This document shows positions 1-11,467 of a DNA stretch of 64,000 nucleotides, piece by piece. Both the position numbers and the translations under genes were made by a program. Within the stretch, counting starts at the first letter, position 1, and each line of letters opens with the position of its first letter. The DNA comes from an uncultured Rivularia sp. (GTDB lineage: Bacteria > Cyanobacteriota > Cyanobacteriia > Cyanobacteriales > Nostocaceae): assembly GCA_963665115.1 (NCBI GenBank), contig OY762007.1, positions 7,392,001-7,456,000 on the forward strand. The letters are read 5' to 3'. The notes under the pieces were generated by a model that saw only the letters and a program-made list of their open reading frames with translations, was not told the DNA's origin and searched no databases.

Positions 1-468
1 TGCTTCCGGAGTACCCATTATAAAAGTCCCTCCAGGAATCGCAGCCATTTCCAAATTAATTCTATTACCCAAATCTTCAACAAAATATTTTGCGAAACGC
101 TGTTGACGTTGAGTTATTTCACCACGACGGTTAACTGTGACTACCTCAATTGGCTCATATTTCAAACCTTGAGGATTTAAACCCTGTAATACTCGTTTAA
201 CTTTTTGTTCCGATAAGGGAGCTAATAAGTAATAAGCTTGAATTTGAACTTCTGCTGATTTATCTTCCAAAGCTTTGAGAACCAAATCCAAACCCGCTTC
301 TCCATAATTTAATGCTTGATGAAGCGCTGTAATCCTCACTTGTGCATTTGAATTACTCAATCGCAGCTTTGCTCCTTCAATACCACCAAGTACTGCTGCA
401 CCTTCGGATGGTGGACTTTGACCTCCGAGTACTGCATCGTAGGCTTTTGGCTGTTGATTTTCTGACAT
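1..468 (-). CDS. Formylglycine-generating enzyme (FGE-sulfatase/SUMF1) domain protein with N-terminal helical 'DAVLGG' region; 3' part runs off the window
   Basis: Manual minus-strand translation from ATG at 468: MSENQQPKAYDAVLGGQSPP...VVTVNRRGEITQRQQRFAKYFVEDLGNRINLEMAAIPGGTFIMGTPEA, the typical cyanobacterial lead-in to an FGE domain. Not in the ORF track because it is open-ended. Confidence 0.8.
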   Translation of the reverse strand, partial: MSENQQPKAYDAVLGGQSPPSEGAAVLGGIEGAKLRLSNSNAQVRITALHQALNYGEAGLDLVLKALEDKSAEVQIQAYYLLAPLSEQKVKRVLQGLNPQGLKYEPIEVVTVNRRGEITQRQQRFAKYFVEDLGNRINLEMAAIPGGTFIMGTPEA

Positions 469-649
469 CTGCTTTTTCGGGAAATTTTTATTATCTATTG
501 TTCCCCGTCAGGGTCGAAAATATAAAAGTTCTTTTCTACCTCCTCTATCACATTTCCCCATCCTCTTTTCCTCTTCCCCAAAAAATTCTACCGGATAATT
601 TTCTCCCTTGAAAAAGCGATTATCCGGACATGATATAACTGCTCACTGC

Positions 650-1733
650 TCACTGATAACTGATAACTGTTTTCGCGATCGCTTCATTTCCATCAATCGC
701 AATGGGTTCTTTGCAAAGCGGTGCTTCTAATGGTTGCTTGAGAAATTCCCAGGAACTTTCAAATAATTCCGCAGGAGTAAGAATTTGATGATAGTTGTAA
801 TCGGATATTCCTTTTATCAGATAAGCTGCTTCTGCAAAATTGTCTCTGGTAACTGAAACAATCGGCACACCTAATTTAGTAGCTTCAGCAAAAGTACCGA
901 AGCCTGGTTTAGAAACAACTCTTCCGCAAATTGGCATAAAATCAACGGGACGGGTTTTTACATCTTGGATTTTGATTAAGTTTGGTAAATCTGGTGCCGA
1001 TTTATCGAAGGTAATGAATTGCCAATCTGGATATTTTTGTAGGTTATCGTAGGGTATTTGTTGTAAACCCAACCCGCCAAAGGTAAGCAGTATGGTTTTT
1101 TCGCGAGGTGTGTTTATTTCATACTTGGATTTGATTTCGTCGGCATCAATAAAAGGATAGCCACCAGTTAAACCGACATCGGTAATATTTTTGATATTAT
1201 CGAATGCCTGCATCGGTTCGTGGAAAGGAAGTTTAAAAAGGCGATCGCACTTGGAGTAGCATTCGCCAATCCAATCGGCAACGTCAACAAAATTACCACC
1301 CCAATTTCGGTAAATAAAATCCCAACCAAAATTACTAATCATCCAACAAGGAATATTAGCAGCTTTACCAATTTCTGCGGCTAAGAAAGGAATATCTGCC
1401 AAAATCAAATCAACGCGATTTTGACGAATAAAATCAACTTCCGAAGCGATAATAGAAGCTTGATTTTTCTTAATTTCTAATAATTTTTCTAAAGTAGCCG
1501 ATTTATCCATCTTAAAACTATCAGCTTGCACCACCCCCAAATCGTAAGCACGGGGGACGATGAATAAAATCACCTCTGATATAACATTCCAACAACCAAC
1601 GCGGTGCAGTTGTCACCATAATCAACAACGCTTCCGGACACAAATCCTGAATAGTCGCCGCCACCGCAGCAGTGCGAGTTGCGTGTCCGAAACCATGATT
1701 AGTAATCGCAATATATATAATAGGACGTTTCAT
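650..1733 (-). CDS. GT-B fold glycosyltransferase-like protein (arabinose-kinase N-terminal-like); frameshifted near 1552-1556
   Basis: MKRPIIYIAITNHGFGHATR (ORF 1521-1763) joins RAYDLGVVQAD...SKPGFGT (ORF 650-1573) if one C is removed from the C5 run. Confidence 0.75.
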
Positions 1734-1865
1734 TTTGGGGATTGGGCATTGGGGATGGGGCATAGGGCATAGATTGAATAATTTATTCTTTCAACTGTCC
1801 CTTTTTCCCTTTAACACTTTATATGGTTCGGATAATTGCGCCTATCAATTTATGTGAGATTGTTT

Positions 1866-2089
1866 GTAGTGCGAGCATCTTGCTCGCTCGATATTAACAA
1901 CCATCTTGCTCGCTCGATATTAACAACCATCTTGCTCGCTCGATATTAACAACCATCTTGCTTGCTCGATATTAACAACCATCTTGCTTGCTCGATATTA
2001 ACAACCATCTTGCTTGCTCGATATTAACAACCATCTTGCTTGCTCGATATTAACTAATAAGATACTAGCGAGCAAGATGCTCGCACTAC
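1866..2089. repeat. GTAG-type REP inverted pair enclosing a 26-bp tandem array (about 7 copies)
   Basis: GTAGTGCGAGCATCTTGCTCGCT (1866-1888) and its exact reverse complement (2067-2089). Unit CATCTTGCTYGCTCGATATTAACAAC starts at 1876, 1902, 1928, 1954, 1980, 2006 and 2032. Confidence 0.9.
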
Positions 2090-2139
2090 TTACTATGTGT
2101 TTTTTCCGCAGGAATCATAATAATACCAATTGTCCTCTC

Positions 2140-2198
2140 AATGCCCCAATGCCCAATCCCCAATCCCCAATCCCCAATCCCCAATCCCCTATTCCCTA
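2140..2198. repeat. STRR heptamer array (CCCCAAT)n
   Basis: Directly visible heptamer run abutting the stop of the aminotransferase gene. Confidence 0.85.
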
Positions 2199-3383
2199 TT
2201 ACCCAAAATCGCGAATTTCTTCAACCAACCGATCGATTTCCGATTCTAAAGTGAAATAATGCACGCAGGCGCGGACGCAATCAGGATCGGCGATTGTACG
2301 GGTAAATATTGCTTTTGATTCTAAATATTTGACTAATTCTATGCTGGTTTTAGATTGACTGCTTTCTAGTTGAAAGGAGACTAAACCGGATTCGGGGGGA
2401 GAATTTTTCAAGCATTTTATCCCTGGCACTGCCATCAATTTCTGCCACAGGTACTCGCTATTACGACAAATTTGTTCGTAACGCTTTTGCGGTGTTCCCC
2501 ATTTCTGATGCACTGAAATTGCCTCGGTTAAAGCAATATAAAAGGGATAAGCGGAAGTTGCGATTTCATATCTTTCTCCACTTTCCTGCCATTTTACTGG
2601 TTGAGCTTGACTATCAATGACTACGCTACGCCAACCTACAAAGGTAGGGTAAAGACTTTCTCTTGCTTGGGGACGCACGTACAAACCGCCTACACCGGGA
2701 GGACCGCACAACCATTTATGACCTGTAAAAGCGTAAAAATCCACTCCTGATTCGGTAAGATTTAACGGTAATAATCCTACCGATTGTGCTGCGTCTACCA
2801 TTAACTTTGTATTATTGCTTCTACAGGCTTGTGCTATTTTTTCCAAAGGTAAAACCTGTCCTGTATTCCACAGTACGTGACTTAACACTACCATACGGGT
2901 ACTTGGTCGCAAATGCTGAGCAATAATTGCTACCGGGTTGCCATCATTTAAAGTTGCCATTATTGGACAGGTGCTAACTTCTACGGAAAACCTGCGTGCT
3001 ATTTCCTGGGCTGTGGCAATAATTCCTGGATGTTCGCAGTCCGTAAGCAGTATATGGTCGCCTGCTTTCCACTCGATGCCCCACATGGCTATATTACAAC
3101 CGACTGTTACATCTTCGGTAAGAGTGATGGTTTCTGATGGTACATTTAACTCAGTTGCAATTGCTACTCTTGTGGCTTTAGTTTGTTGAATTAGCCAAGT
3201 GTTAATTTCATTACCAAAAGGACCTATTCTCTGAATATCATTTTGGGCTTGAATTACAGCATTCATAGCCGAAGAAGGCATTGGACCTTGACCTCCAAAA
3301 TTAAAATAAGCTTTATTAGCTAAAGCTGGAAATTGTTGTCGGTACTGATGCAAATCGGTTTGTGTAGCAGATATACTCGTCAT
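2199..3383 (-). CDS. Class V PLP-dependent aminotransferase, cysteine/cystine lyase-like
   Basis: YFNFGGQGP, DAAQSVG and FTGHKWLCGP (PLP lysine). Start placed at MTSISATQ because the upstream extension is STRR-derived. Confidence 0.88.
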   Translation of the reverse strand: MTSISATQTDLHQYRQQFPALANKAYFNFGGQGPMPSSAMNAVIQAQNDIQRIGPFGNEINTWLIQQTKATRVAIATELNVPSETITLTEDVTVGCNIAMWGIEWKAGDHILLTDCEHPGIIATAQEIARRFSVEVSTCPIMATLNDGNPVAIIAQHLRPSTRMVVLSHVLWNTGQVLPLEKIAQACRSNNTKLMVDAAQSVGLLPLNLTESGVDFYAFTGHKWLCGPPGVGGLYVRPQARESLYPTFVGWRSVVIDSQAQPVKWQESGERYEIATSAYPFYIALTEAISVHQKWGTPQKRYEQICRNSEYLWQKLMAVPGIKCLKNSPPESGLVSFQLESSQSKTSIELVKYLESKAIFTRTIADPDCVRACVHYFTLESEIDRLVEEIRDFG

Positions 3384-3810
3384 ATAAATTTTGGATTTTG
3401 GATTTTGGATTTTGCACAAAGTTTAGAGGAAGAACATCTTTCTCCCAACACATCTTCGACAAATTTTAGACGTGAGATTTGAAGAACAAGATTAAGTATA
3501 TGGATAATGGTGCAGAAAAGGCATTTACCATATATAGATTTACTTTTAACAGAACGTATTTGGGATTAGAAAACAACTTAAAAGTTAGGATTTTTTGACT
3601 TTGTAAAGCTTGATAAAATAGCTGTATTACTGGTTTTATAGATATTCAACTTTTAAATATTCCCGTGCATATTCATATCCTCTAATACATATGCTTCTAT
3701 CAACAAATAAATTTTTGGAAGCAGTGTTGAAAGCCATGTTTTTTATACAACGTCAAGTTTAGTTACCTTTATTACTACCAGACTGCGCTAATTATTGTTA
3801 ATTTAAAAGA

Positions 3811-5380
3811 ATGTTAATTAATGCCGAACTACTGCTGCAATATCAAAAATGTAAACGCCGACCTTTTTTGAATGTTCGCGGTGATAAAACTCAGCAAGAT
3901 GCGCCTAACGACTTGTTGTTGAAGCTGTATCAGGATAAATACGTTCATAAGAAAAAGATTTTAGAAAAGCTTGATTATCAGCGTCCCGAAGTTTCTCAAG
4001 GGAGAATCCCAAGCTGGGGAAGCGGCAACTTTAGAATTGATGCAGCAGGGAGTTGACTGCATTTACAGAGGGTTAATCGTAACAGGTTACGAGGACAATC
4101 ATACTTTGTTAGCTCGTCCGGATTTGCTTATCAAACAACAAGGAAATTCAAGATTCGGAGACTGGATGTATGTTCCTGCCAGGGTTGAGCTAGGTAAGCG
4201 TCCCAAACAAGAATACCAAGTTATCGCTGCATTTTATGCTTTTGTTTTAGCAGCAGTGCAGCAAGTTGAACCGGAATCTGCTTGGTTAATGCTGCGGGGA
4301 AAAGAAACTAAATATAACGTCGATTTAATCAAATGGATTCCTCGGATGCTAGAAATTTTAGATGAATGCGTCCAAACATTGCACTCACCAACAGCACCCG
4401 AAGTATTTATTTCGCGTCAAAAGTGCAGTCTCTGTAATTGGTACAGCAGCTGTCATCAAACCGCATCCGAACAAAAACATCTTTCGCTGGTACCGGGAGT
4501 AACCCCAGGACGTTACAATCAATTAAAAATTATTGATATTACGACTTTAGAATCACTTGCTCAAACCTTACCGTCAGAATTAGAAGATTTACCCGGTTTT
4601 GGTCTTGAAGTAGCGATTAATCTTGTTTTACAGGCAAAATCTTTACTGAAAAATAGCCCGCTGATCTTACCCGAAGCTCTAATTGAACCAACAATTAATG
4701 AAGAGTTGTTCTCACATCGAGAATCTTTGCTGACTTTACCACAAACAAGCGACAAAGCAATAATAGAATATCCAACAACTGTAGAAGTCGATCCCGTAGT
4801 ATATGAAACAATTACTTATACAGCCCCTATAGAACTCTACTTTGACATCGAAGCCCAGCCAGACTTGAATTTAAATTATTTGTTAGGGGTTTTAGTTGTT
4901 GACAGAGAAAACGACACCGAGCAATTTTATTCTTTTTTGGCAGAAAAACCATCGGAAGAAGAATTAATTTGGCAGCAATTTCTAGAATTAGTTTGGCAAT
5001 ACCCCGACGCACCAATTTATCACTTTTGCGTTTATGAGTTCGATACAGTTCAACGGCTAGCAAAACTTTACCGTACCCCCTCCAAAAGAGTATTACCAGT
5101 CTTAGATAGATTCGTAGATATTTACGAACAACTTACTCAGACATTAGTACTACCATTAGAAAGTTACGCTTTAAAATCAATTGCTAAGTGGTTGGGATTT
5201 GAATGGCGTGATAAAGAAGCCAGTGGTGCTAAATGTATTTACTGGTATGACAAATGGTTGAAAAAGGGCGATCGCACTCTATTAGAAATCATCAAACGTT
5301 ACAACGAAGATGACTGTCGCGCTACCCACAGCCTAAAAGACTGGCTCGTCAACTTTTTTGAAAGTCAATATGATGAATAG
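3811..5380 (+). CDS. TM0106 family RecB-like nuclease with RNase H-like C-terminal domain; frameshifted near 3984-3995
   Basis: N-terminal LLLQYQKCKRRPFL, then RPDLL, CSLCNWYSSC, YFDIE, YALKSIAKWLGFEWR and YNEDDCRAT. Two overlapping ORFs join by removing one base. Confidence 0.85.
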
Positions 5381-5403
5381 TGAGCAGTAGGAGTTAGGAG
5401 TTG

Positions 5404-5506
5404 TAAGCTGTTGCATATTCAATTTGTATATGAGAAGCGGGCAAGATGCCCGCACTACAATCGTTCAAATTCTTTACCTTATACAATTTAGCTGCACGTC
5501 AGCTTA
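5404..5506. mobile_element. 103-bp MITE-like element (copy 1) carrying a REP half
   Basis: TAAGCTG...CAGCTTA ends with about 27-bp imperfect terminal inverted repeats. A same-length copy lies at 56984-57086. Confidence 0.7.
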
Positions 5507-5652
5507 ATAGGTAATGGCTAAATATCTTAAATAAATAACGATTGATCTTTTTACCTCTCCTTGTCTCCTTGTCACCCCCTCTCCCCATCCCCCATCCCTC
5601 CGCTCCTGTGATATCGTATTTGTGGCTTTTCACAGATAATAAATAATCTGCC

Positions 5653-6828
5653 GTGCGAATTAAAAAACTATTGAAATTACCGTTAATTATTGTATTTTTT
5701 CTGACGATTACAGTTGTCACGCTTATTTTCACAAATTTTACCCCTACTACTGTAGAGGTAACGGCTATCGATTTTATCGGGGAAGTAACTTTACCTACGG
5801 GTACCGATTTTGAAAATACCGAATTAGGAGGGTTGTCGGGAATCACTTATGATGCTCGTCGCCAGGTTTATTATGCTATCTCCGACGATCGCTCTGCGAA
5901 ATCACCAGCTAGATTCTACACTTTTAAGATTAATCTCAATGGCAATTCTTTTCAGAAAAGCGATATTGAGCCTGTTGCGGTAATAACTTTAAAAGATAAA
6001 AATGGCAAAACTTTTCTTAATGGAACTATAGATCCAGAAGGAATTGCACTAAGTAATGCATCTATATTCGTTTCATCTGAAGGTGATGCAGATAAAGGAA
6101 TTAATCCATTTATTAAAGAGTTTTCACTGGATTCTGGACAAGAAATTTCCAGTTTACCTATACCTAATAAATTTTTACCATCTCCAGATAAAAAACAAGG
6201 TATTCGTAATAACTTAGCTTTTGAAAGTTTGACTATCACACCCGATCAAAAGTATTTATTTTCAGCTACCGAAAATGCATTGATTCAAGATGGAGATAAA
6301 GCTAAACCTAACCAGAGCAGTATGTCTAGAATTTTGAAATATAACTTACTTACTCAAAAGTTAGAAAAAGAATTTCTCTATCCTACCAAACTAGTAAAAC
6401 CTTTTTTTAGACTTACTGGTAGATTTTCTAGCGGTTTAACCGATTTGATCGCATTGGACAATCAAGGACATTTTTTAAGTATAGAAAGAACTTTTACAGG
6501 TTTTGGTTTTGTCAATTCATTATTCAAAGTTTATTTATCAGGTGCTTCCGATATTAAGAATATTGAAAGTCTTAAACAAGTAGATACCCAAACAATCAAA
6601 CCAGTTAAAAAAGAATTGCTATTAAGCTTAGGAAAATTAGATGTTGCCTTAGATAACACCGAAGGCTTAACCATTGGTGCAACTCTACCAAACGGACAAC
6701 CATCATTAATTTTAGTCAGCGACAATAACTTTAATAACCTGCAACGGACTCAGTTTTTAGCATTCCAACTCAAGATAGAATCACGTCTTGAAAGATTCCT
6801 ACGTTTAATCCGCGAACGTTTTTCGTGA
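5653..6828 (+). CDS. Esterase-like activity of phytase family protein (exported beta-propeller)
   Basis: N-terminal hydrophobic segment; LGGLSGITYD, YAISDDRS, IDPEGI, NNLAFESLT, DNTEGL, VSDNNFN. Confidence 0.85.
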   Translation: MRIKKLLKLPLIIVFFLTITVVTLIFTNFTPTTVEVTAIDFIGEVTLPTGTDFENTELGGLSGITYDARRQVYYAISDDRSAKSPARFYTFKINLNGNSFQKSDIEPVAVITLKDKNGKTFLNGTIDPEGIALSNASIFVSSEGDADKGINPFIKEFSLDSGQEISSLPIPNKFLPSPDKKQGIRNNLAFESLTITPDQKYLFSATENALIQDGDKAKPNQSSMSRILKYNLLTQKLEKEFLYPTKLVKPFFRLTGRFSSGLTDLIALDNQGHFLSIERTFTGFGFVNSLFKVYLSGASDIKNIESLKQVDTQTIKPVKKELLLSLGKLDVALDNTEGLTIGATLPNGQPSLILVSDNNFNNLQRTQFLAFQLKIESRLERFLRLIRERFS

Positions 6829-6851
6829 ATACAAATTTTAAAAGGTAATCA

Positions 6852-7073
6852 AGGTTTGTAGTAAGGGCTTTAGCCCATCCGAATTCCGCAATATGAAAAT
6901 AAAGCGCTACCACGAACCTTTTCCCCCTCACAACTTACCGGGTAAATTACTTGAAATGGGAGCGTCTCGCTCCCTAATAGTACTTCAACATATTAATATT
7001 GCTGGTTAACACATTCATAGTGGGAGCGTCTCGCTCCCTCGTTGCAACCAGCGAGCTTTCCGGCTCGCACTAC
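6852..7073. repeat. Cluster of REP-like palindromes
   Basis: GTAGTAAGGGCTTTAGCCC...CTACCACGAACCT; GGGAGCGTCTCGCTCCC twice (about 6958 and 7022); GCGAGC..GCTCGCACTAC. Confidence 0.6.
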
Positions 7074-7569
7074 CTACCCGATACCTTTTAAAAATCATGT
7101 GGCGAACTTTCACTGTAATTATAAATACTTAGCATTACCCCGTACTTAAACTGGGCTTAAACTGCGTATATTTCCCTTAATATCTAAAGAATAGGTGCCT
7201 GAAGCCATAAAATAATTTTAAATAGCTAAAAGATTCGACATACATCAAAAAGCCTTAATCCACAAAGCTTTCGGGCTTTATAAAATAATTTATCGTCTTA
7301 GTTATCGCAGTGTATTCACTGAGAGTGTTTCTTCAACTCCACGGAGTACTCGTAGGCGTTTCAGTAAAATTTCTCATAGGCTTTGCTTATTGCCTGTGTT
7401 ACATAATATTTAGTGCGTTTCCTAGTAATCTCGGTATATTCTATCGAAACTTTATATATTCCTAAAGGAAAGCTAAATTTCTGTAAAAATATGATTTAAA
7501 TTTTCAGTAATACTTAGTAAACCTCCTGTTCCCTTTCTAGAACTTGAAAATTGATTAATTCATTGATTT

Positions 7570-9177
7570 ATGTTGCAACAAGAAATTCATAAGATGTTTA
7601 CTCAAAAACATAAAACAGAATTAGATCCTTATATTGGTAAATTTGTAAATCACCGTTACCTAATCAGGGATTTAATTGGTAAAGGGGGAGGAGGTAAAGT
7701 ATATTTAGCAGAAGACTGTACCAATGGCGGAATGCCAGTAGCGGTAAAGATTCTGTCTTTGAAATTGGATAATAAAACTATATCTCAACGCTTTGCTAGA
7801 GAAATTTTTATTGGCACGCAATTAGGACGTAAAAGCCAACATATTGTACGAGTATTAGGCTACGGTATTACTGATGATAAAACTCCATTTTACGTAATGG
7901 AATATCTTCAAGGTCAAAATTTATTAGAAGTAATTAATAATCAGCCTTTATCTTTAGAGCAATTTTTCGATATTTCCTATCAAATTTGTTTGGGCTTGCA
8001 ATGCGCCCACAGAGGTATCAGCATTAAAGGAGAAACTTGCCCAGTTATTCACCGCGATATAAAGCCAGAAAATATATTTATAATTGAAGACGGAAAAAAA
8101 GGTAAAATAGTCAAGATATTAGACTTTGGTATTGCCAAATTTTTAAAAGAAAGGGCGGGAGCAACACTTTCTCAATCTTTTATGAGCAGTCTACCTTATT
8201 GTTCTCCAGAACATATGGAAGGACGTAAGCTATTAGATATACGCTCGGATATTTACAGCTTGGGAATTCTCATGTATCAGATGCTGTATGGAAAGCATCC
8301 CTTTCAGCTTAAAAGTTACTCCTTTGGTGAATGGTATCAAGCTCATCGTTTTGAAACACCAGCTTTATTAAATGAGGTAATTCCAGAAGCTAAAATTCCT
8401 CTTGATTTGGAAAAACTTATAATAGCTTGTTTAGCCAAAGAAGCAAATAATCGACCTCAAAATATTACAGAAATATTAGACAAATTAGAATTAGTTCAGC
8501 GTCAATCTAATAAATATCCAGAAAAAGACGATAAATTTGTCGCAAATACGTCTGAGGTAGATTTAACTCCATCAACATTAATATCCAAACATATTTGCCT
8601 ACAAAAAACTTGGCCAGTTGGTAAACCGATAGCACCGATTGTTTTTCCTCACCTACTCTACACGGTACAAGCCAAAATCCCTACTTTTTGGGCAATGTTA
8701 CCTGCTTCAGAAATATCCAAGTTTTTAGAGCAAAAAAATACTACAGAATTTATTCAAAAAATCAATGTTTACCCAATGATTATGTGGGTAACGGTTTTGC
8801 ACGATCAGAATTCCTCTTTAACACGTTGGCTTTCTTGCTTCTTAGATATAAAAGACAAAGGAGGAGAAAGAATGATTAGGCAGCTAGCAGAAAAAGGCTA
8901 CTATCATTTACTCTTTTTTGCATTAGAAGAACCAAGAAAATGCGCTCATGTAACAACGATCGCGATTACACCACATCAGCGCGAACAATTGTTCAATTGG
9001 TTGGAAGCATCTCAAAATTCCAAAACTTTTATTTCACCGAATCAAAGCAAAACTATTCTAAAAGCCCAATACGAAAAAATTAAACCTAAAATCCTGCACA
9101 AGTTAGTACAAAATCAATACAAAAAACCAGATATGAAGGCTTGGATATCTAAGTTATTCCACAAGCTGTTTAAATAA
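7570..9177 (+). CDS. Serine/threonine protein kinase with cyanobacterial C-terminal domain
   Basis: GKGGGGKV, VAVK, HRDIKPEN, DFG, YCSPE, SDIYSLG. Confidence 0.92.
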   Translation: MLQQEIHKMFTQKHKTELDPYIGKFVNHRYLIRDLIGKGGGGKVYLAEDCTNGGMPVAVKILSLKLDNKTISQRFAREIFIGTQLGRKSQHIVRVLGYGITDDKTPFYVMEYLQGQNLLEVINNQPLSLEQFFDISYQICLGLQCAHRGISIKGETCPVIHRDIKPENIFIIEDGKKGKIVKILDFGIAKFLKERAGATLSQSFMSSLPYCSPEHMEGRKLLDIRSDIYSLGILMYQMLYGKHPFQLKSYSFGEWYQAHRFETPALLNEVIPEAKIPLDLEKLIIACLAKEANNRPQNITEILDKLELVQRQSNKYPEKDDKFVANTSEVDLTPSTLISKHICLQKTWPVGKPIAPIVFPHLLYTVQAKIPTFWAMLPASEISKFLEQKNTTEFIQKINVYPMIMWVTVLHDQNSSLTRWLSCFLDIKDKGGERMIRQLAEKGYYHLLFFALEEPRKCAHVTTIAITPHQREQLFNWLEASQNSKTFISPNQSKTILKAQYEKIKPKILHKLVQNQYKKPDMKAWISKLFHKLFK

Positions 9178-9294
9178 TTTGGGCATTGGGCATTGGGCAT
9201 TGAGAATAGTTAGGAATTAGGAGTTATTAAGTATTCTTCTCCTCCCTATCTCCCCATCTCCCGCATCTCTCCCAAAATTAATCAAAATTCCCCC

Positions 9295-9323
9295 TTGACA
9301 AATTAGAGTAAAAGAGACATACT
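9295..9323 (+). promoter_or_regulatory. Sigma70-type promoter of tRNA-Asp
   Basis: TTGACA (9295-9300), 17-nt spacer, CATACT (9318-9323), about 20 nt upstream of the tRNA. Confidence 0.6.
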
Positions 9324-9343
9324 TACTAAAGTCGCAAATACAT

Positions 9344-9417
9344 GGGACCGTAGTTCAACTGGTTAGAGCACCGCCCTGTCACGGCGGAAGTTGCGGGTTC
9401 GAATCCCGTCGGTCCCG
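9344..9417 (+). tRNA. trnD: tRNA-Asp (GTC)
   Basis: Acceptor stem GGGACCG/CGGTCCC, anticodon arm CCGCC-CTGTCAC-GGCGG, T-loop GTTCGAATC. No encoded CCA. Confidence 0.97.
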
Positions 9418-9684
9418 TTCTCATGTTAAATATTTTTATTTGGTAAGCCGTTAGAAGCATAATGAAAATGCTTTTTTGGTCATTTAAGCGGTAAAGCTAA
9501 ATAGCGCTAAGTTAACCTTTATCATTTTCTAAGATGGTGGAGGTTTGAATTTGTTTGTCTATTGCAATTGTTAATTAGATAAATCAAAATCTAAAATCTT
9601 GCCACTTGGAAAATCGAGTAAGTCTCAACGGACAGTTTTCTCGAAATTGCTTGTGGTTCTAACATCTCAAATATTACGAAATAT

Positions 9685-11127
9685 ATGACTTTCAGAGTGC
9701 GTATTGCTCCTAGTCCAACTGGGAATTTACATATTGGTACGGCGAGAACTGCTGTATTTAACTGGTTGTTTGCTCATCATCATGACGGTAAATTCATTTT
9801 ACGAATCGAAGATACCGATACCGAACGTTCGCGCCCCGAATATACGGATAGTATTCTTGAAGGATTGCGTTGGTTGGGGTTGGATTGGGATGAAGGCCCA
9901 TTTTTTCAAACCGAACGCTTAGAAATGTATAAGGAAGCGGTGCAGGGTTTACTGGATAAGGGATTGGCTTATCGCTGTTACACCACTTCTGAAGAATTGG
10001 AAGCTTTACGAGTATCTCAAAAAGCTAGAAATCAAGCACCCCGCTATGATAATCGTCACCGAGACTTAACATCGGAACAAGAAGCGGAGTTAAAAGCTGA
10101 AGGACGCAGTTTTGTAATTCGCTTTAAAATTGATGACAGCCGCGAGATTAAATGGAATGATTTGGTGCGGGGAGAGATGAGTTGGCAGGGTAGCGATTTG
10201 GGTGGTGATATGGTTATCGCTCGTGCTACTGAAGATGGTATAGGTCAACCGCTGTATAATTTTGCCGTGGTGGTGGATGACATGGATATGCAAATTAGCC
10301 ATGTGATTCGAGGAGAAGACCATATTGCTAATACTGCTAAACAAATTTTACTTTACGAAGCATTTGGTGCAAAGGTTCCAGAATTTTCTCATACTCCTTT
10401 AATTTTGAACGAGGAAGGCCGTAAACTTTCCAAACGAGATGGTGTGACCTCGATTTCTGACTTTAAGAAAATGGGTTTTACTGCGGAAGGTTTGGTCAAC
10501 TATATGACCTTGCTCGGATGGTCGGCACCGGATTCTACGCAGGAAATCTTTACCTTAGAAGAAGCTGCCAAGGAGTTTACTTTTGAGCGCGTCAATAAAG
10601 CCGGTGCAAAATTCGATTGGGCAAAATTAGATTGGGTTAACAGTCAATATATTCACAGTATGCCGGTAGATAAACTTACCGATATGCTGATACCTTTCTG
10701 GGAAGAAGCTGGGTATAACTTTTCCCAAACCAAAGAACGTGCTTGGATTGAAAAATTAGTTGCTTTAATTCAACCCGGTATATCTCGCTTGACTGAAGCT
10801 GTAGACGTTGCCAAAATATTTTCTACCGAGACAGTTGATTTTGATTCAGAAGCCCAAGAACAATTGCAAAAAGAAGGTGTTAAAAGTGCCCTTCAAGGAG
10901 TTGTGGCGGCTTTAGATAGCGAAATTAATGCCTCAAACGCCAAAGACATTATAAAACGGGTAGTTAAAGAGCAAAACGTTAAAAAAGGCTTGTTGATGCG
11001 GAGCTTACGGGCTGCTTTTACTGGAGAAATGAATGGCCCAGACATTGTAGATTCCTGGGTACTGCTGAATAATACTGGCTTAGATAAACTTCGCTTGGAA
11101 AAGGCTATTGCTGTAGCGGTTGATTAA
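9685..11127 (+). CDS. gltX: Glutamate--tRNA ligase
   Basis: [32 protein letters not shown]. Confidence 0.97.
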   Translation: MTFRVRIAPSPTGNLHIGTARTAVFNWLFAHHHDGKFILRIEDTDTERSRPEYTDSILEGLRWLGLDWDEGPFFQTERLEMYKEAVQGLLDKGLAYRCYTTSEELEALRVSQKARNQAPRYDNRHRDLTSEQEAELKAEGRSFVIRFKIDDSREIKWNDLVRGEMSWQGSDLGGDMVIARATEDGIGQPLYNFAVVVDDMDMQISHVIRGEDHIANTAKQILLYEAFGAKVPEFSHTPLILNEEGRKLSKRDGVTSISDFKKMGFTAEGLVNYMTLLGWSAPDSTQEIFTLEEAAKEFTFERVNKAGAKFDWAKLDWVNSQYIHSMPVDKLTDMLIPFWEEAGYNFSQTKERAWIEKLVALIQPGISRLTEAVDVAKIFSTETVDFDSEAQEQLQKEGVKSALQGVVAALDSEINASNAKDIIKRVVKEQNVKKGLLMRSLRAAFTGEMNGPDIVDSWVLLNNTGLDKLRLEKAIAVAVD

Positions 11128-11188
11128 ATTTCCATGAATAAAAGCATTGCGATCGGGTGAAGTAAGTCAAAAAGATTGAATAATTACT

Positions 11189-11222
11189 TTGGGGCACATT
11201 TGATGTGCCCCAATTTATTTTC
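11189..11222 (+). terminator. Intrinsic terminator after gltX
   Basis: TTGGGGCACAT-TTG-ATGTGCCCCAA followed by TTTATTTTT. Confidence 0.7.
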
Positions 11223-11467
11223 GGAAAAGGAGATACTTCACTGTAAAAATTATTAACTTTCAAAAACTAATCTTAAAGAAAACAGCAGCGCCGATCGAAA
11301 GCGAGCGGACAGTTTTATGCTTGCCGTTTTTTGTTCATTTCTAACCCATCCGATCAGATGCTGTATGTAATTTTCATTTCCCTAAAAAATAGTAATTACT
11401 CTTAGGTAAGGGAACAATATGTGTATTTTTATTGTCATCTCAAACACTTAGAAAAAATGTAATTAAA

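Noticed and set aside
342..611. 89-aa + strand ORF
   Set aside because: Antisense to the FGE-domain gene, with no recognisable features.
1876..2056. CRISPR array
   Set aside because: Units are contiguous with no unique spacers, and there are no cas genes. It is a tandem repeat.
2014..2259. 81-aa ORF (also 24963-25205 and 31301-31495)
   Set aside because: Made of REP/STRR sequence and overlapping real genes on the opposite strand.
9344..9417. tRNA-Asp as an integration site for a genomic island
   Set aside because: No integrase and no duplicated tRNA 3' end was found; gltX follows directly.
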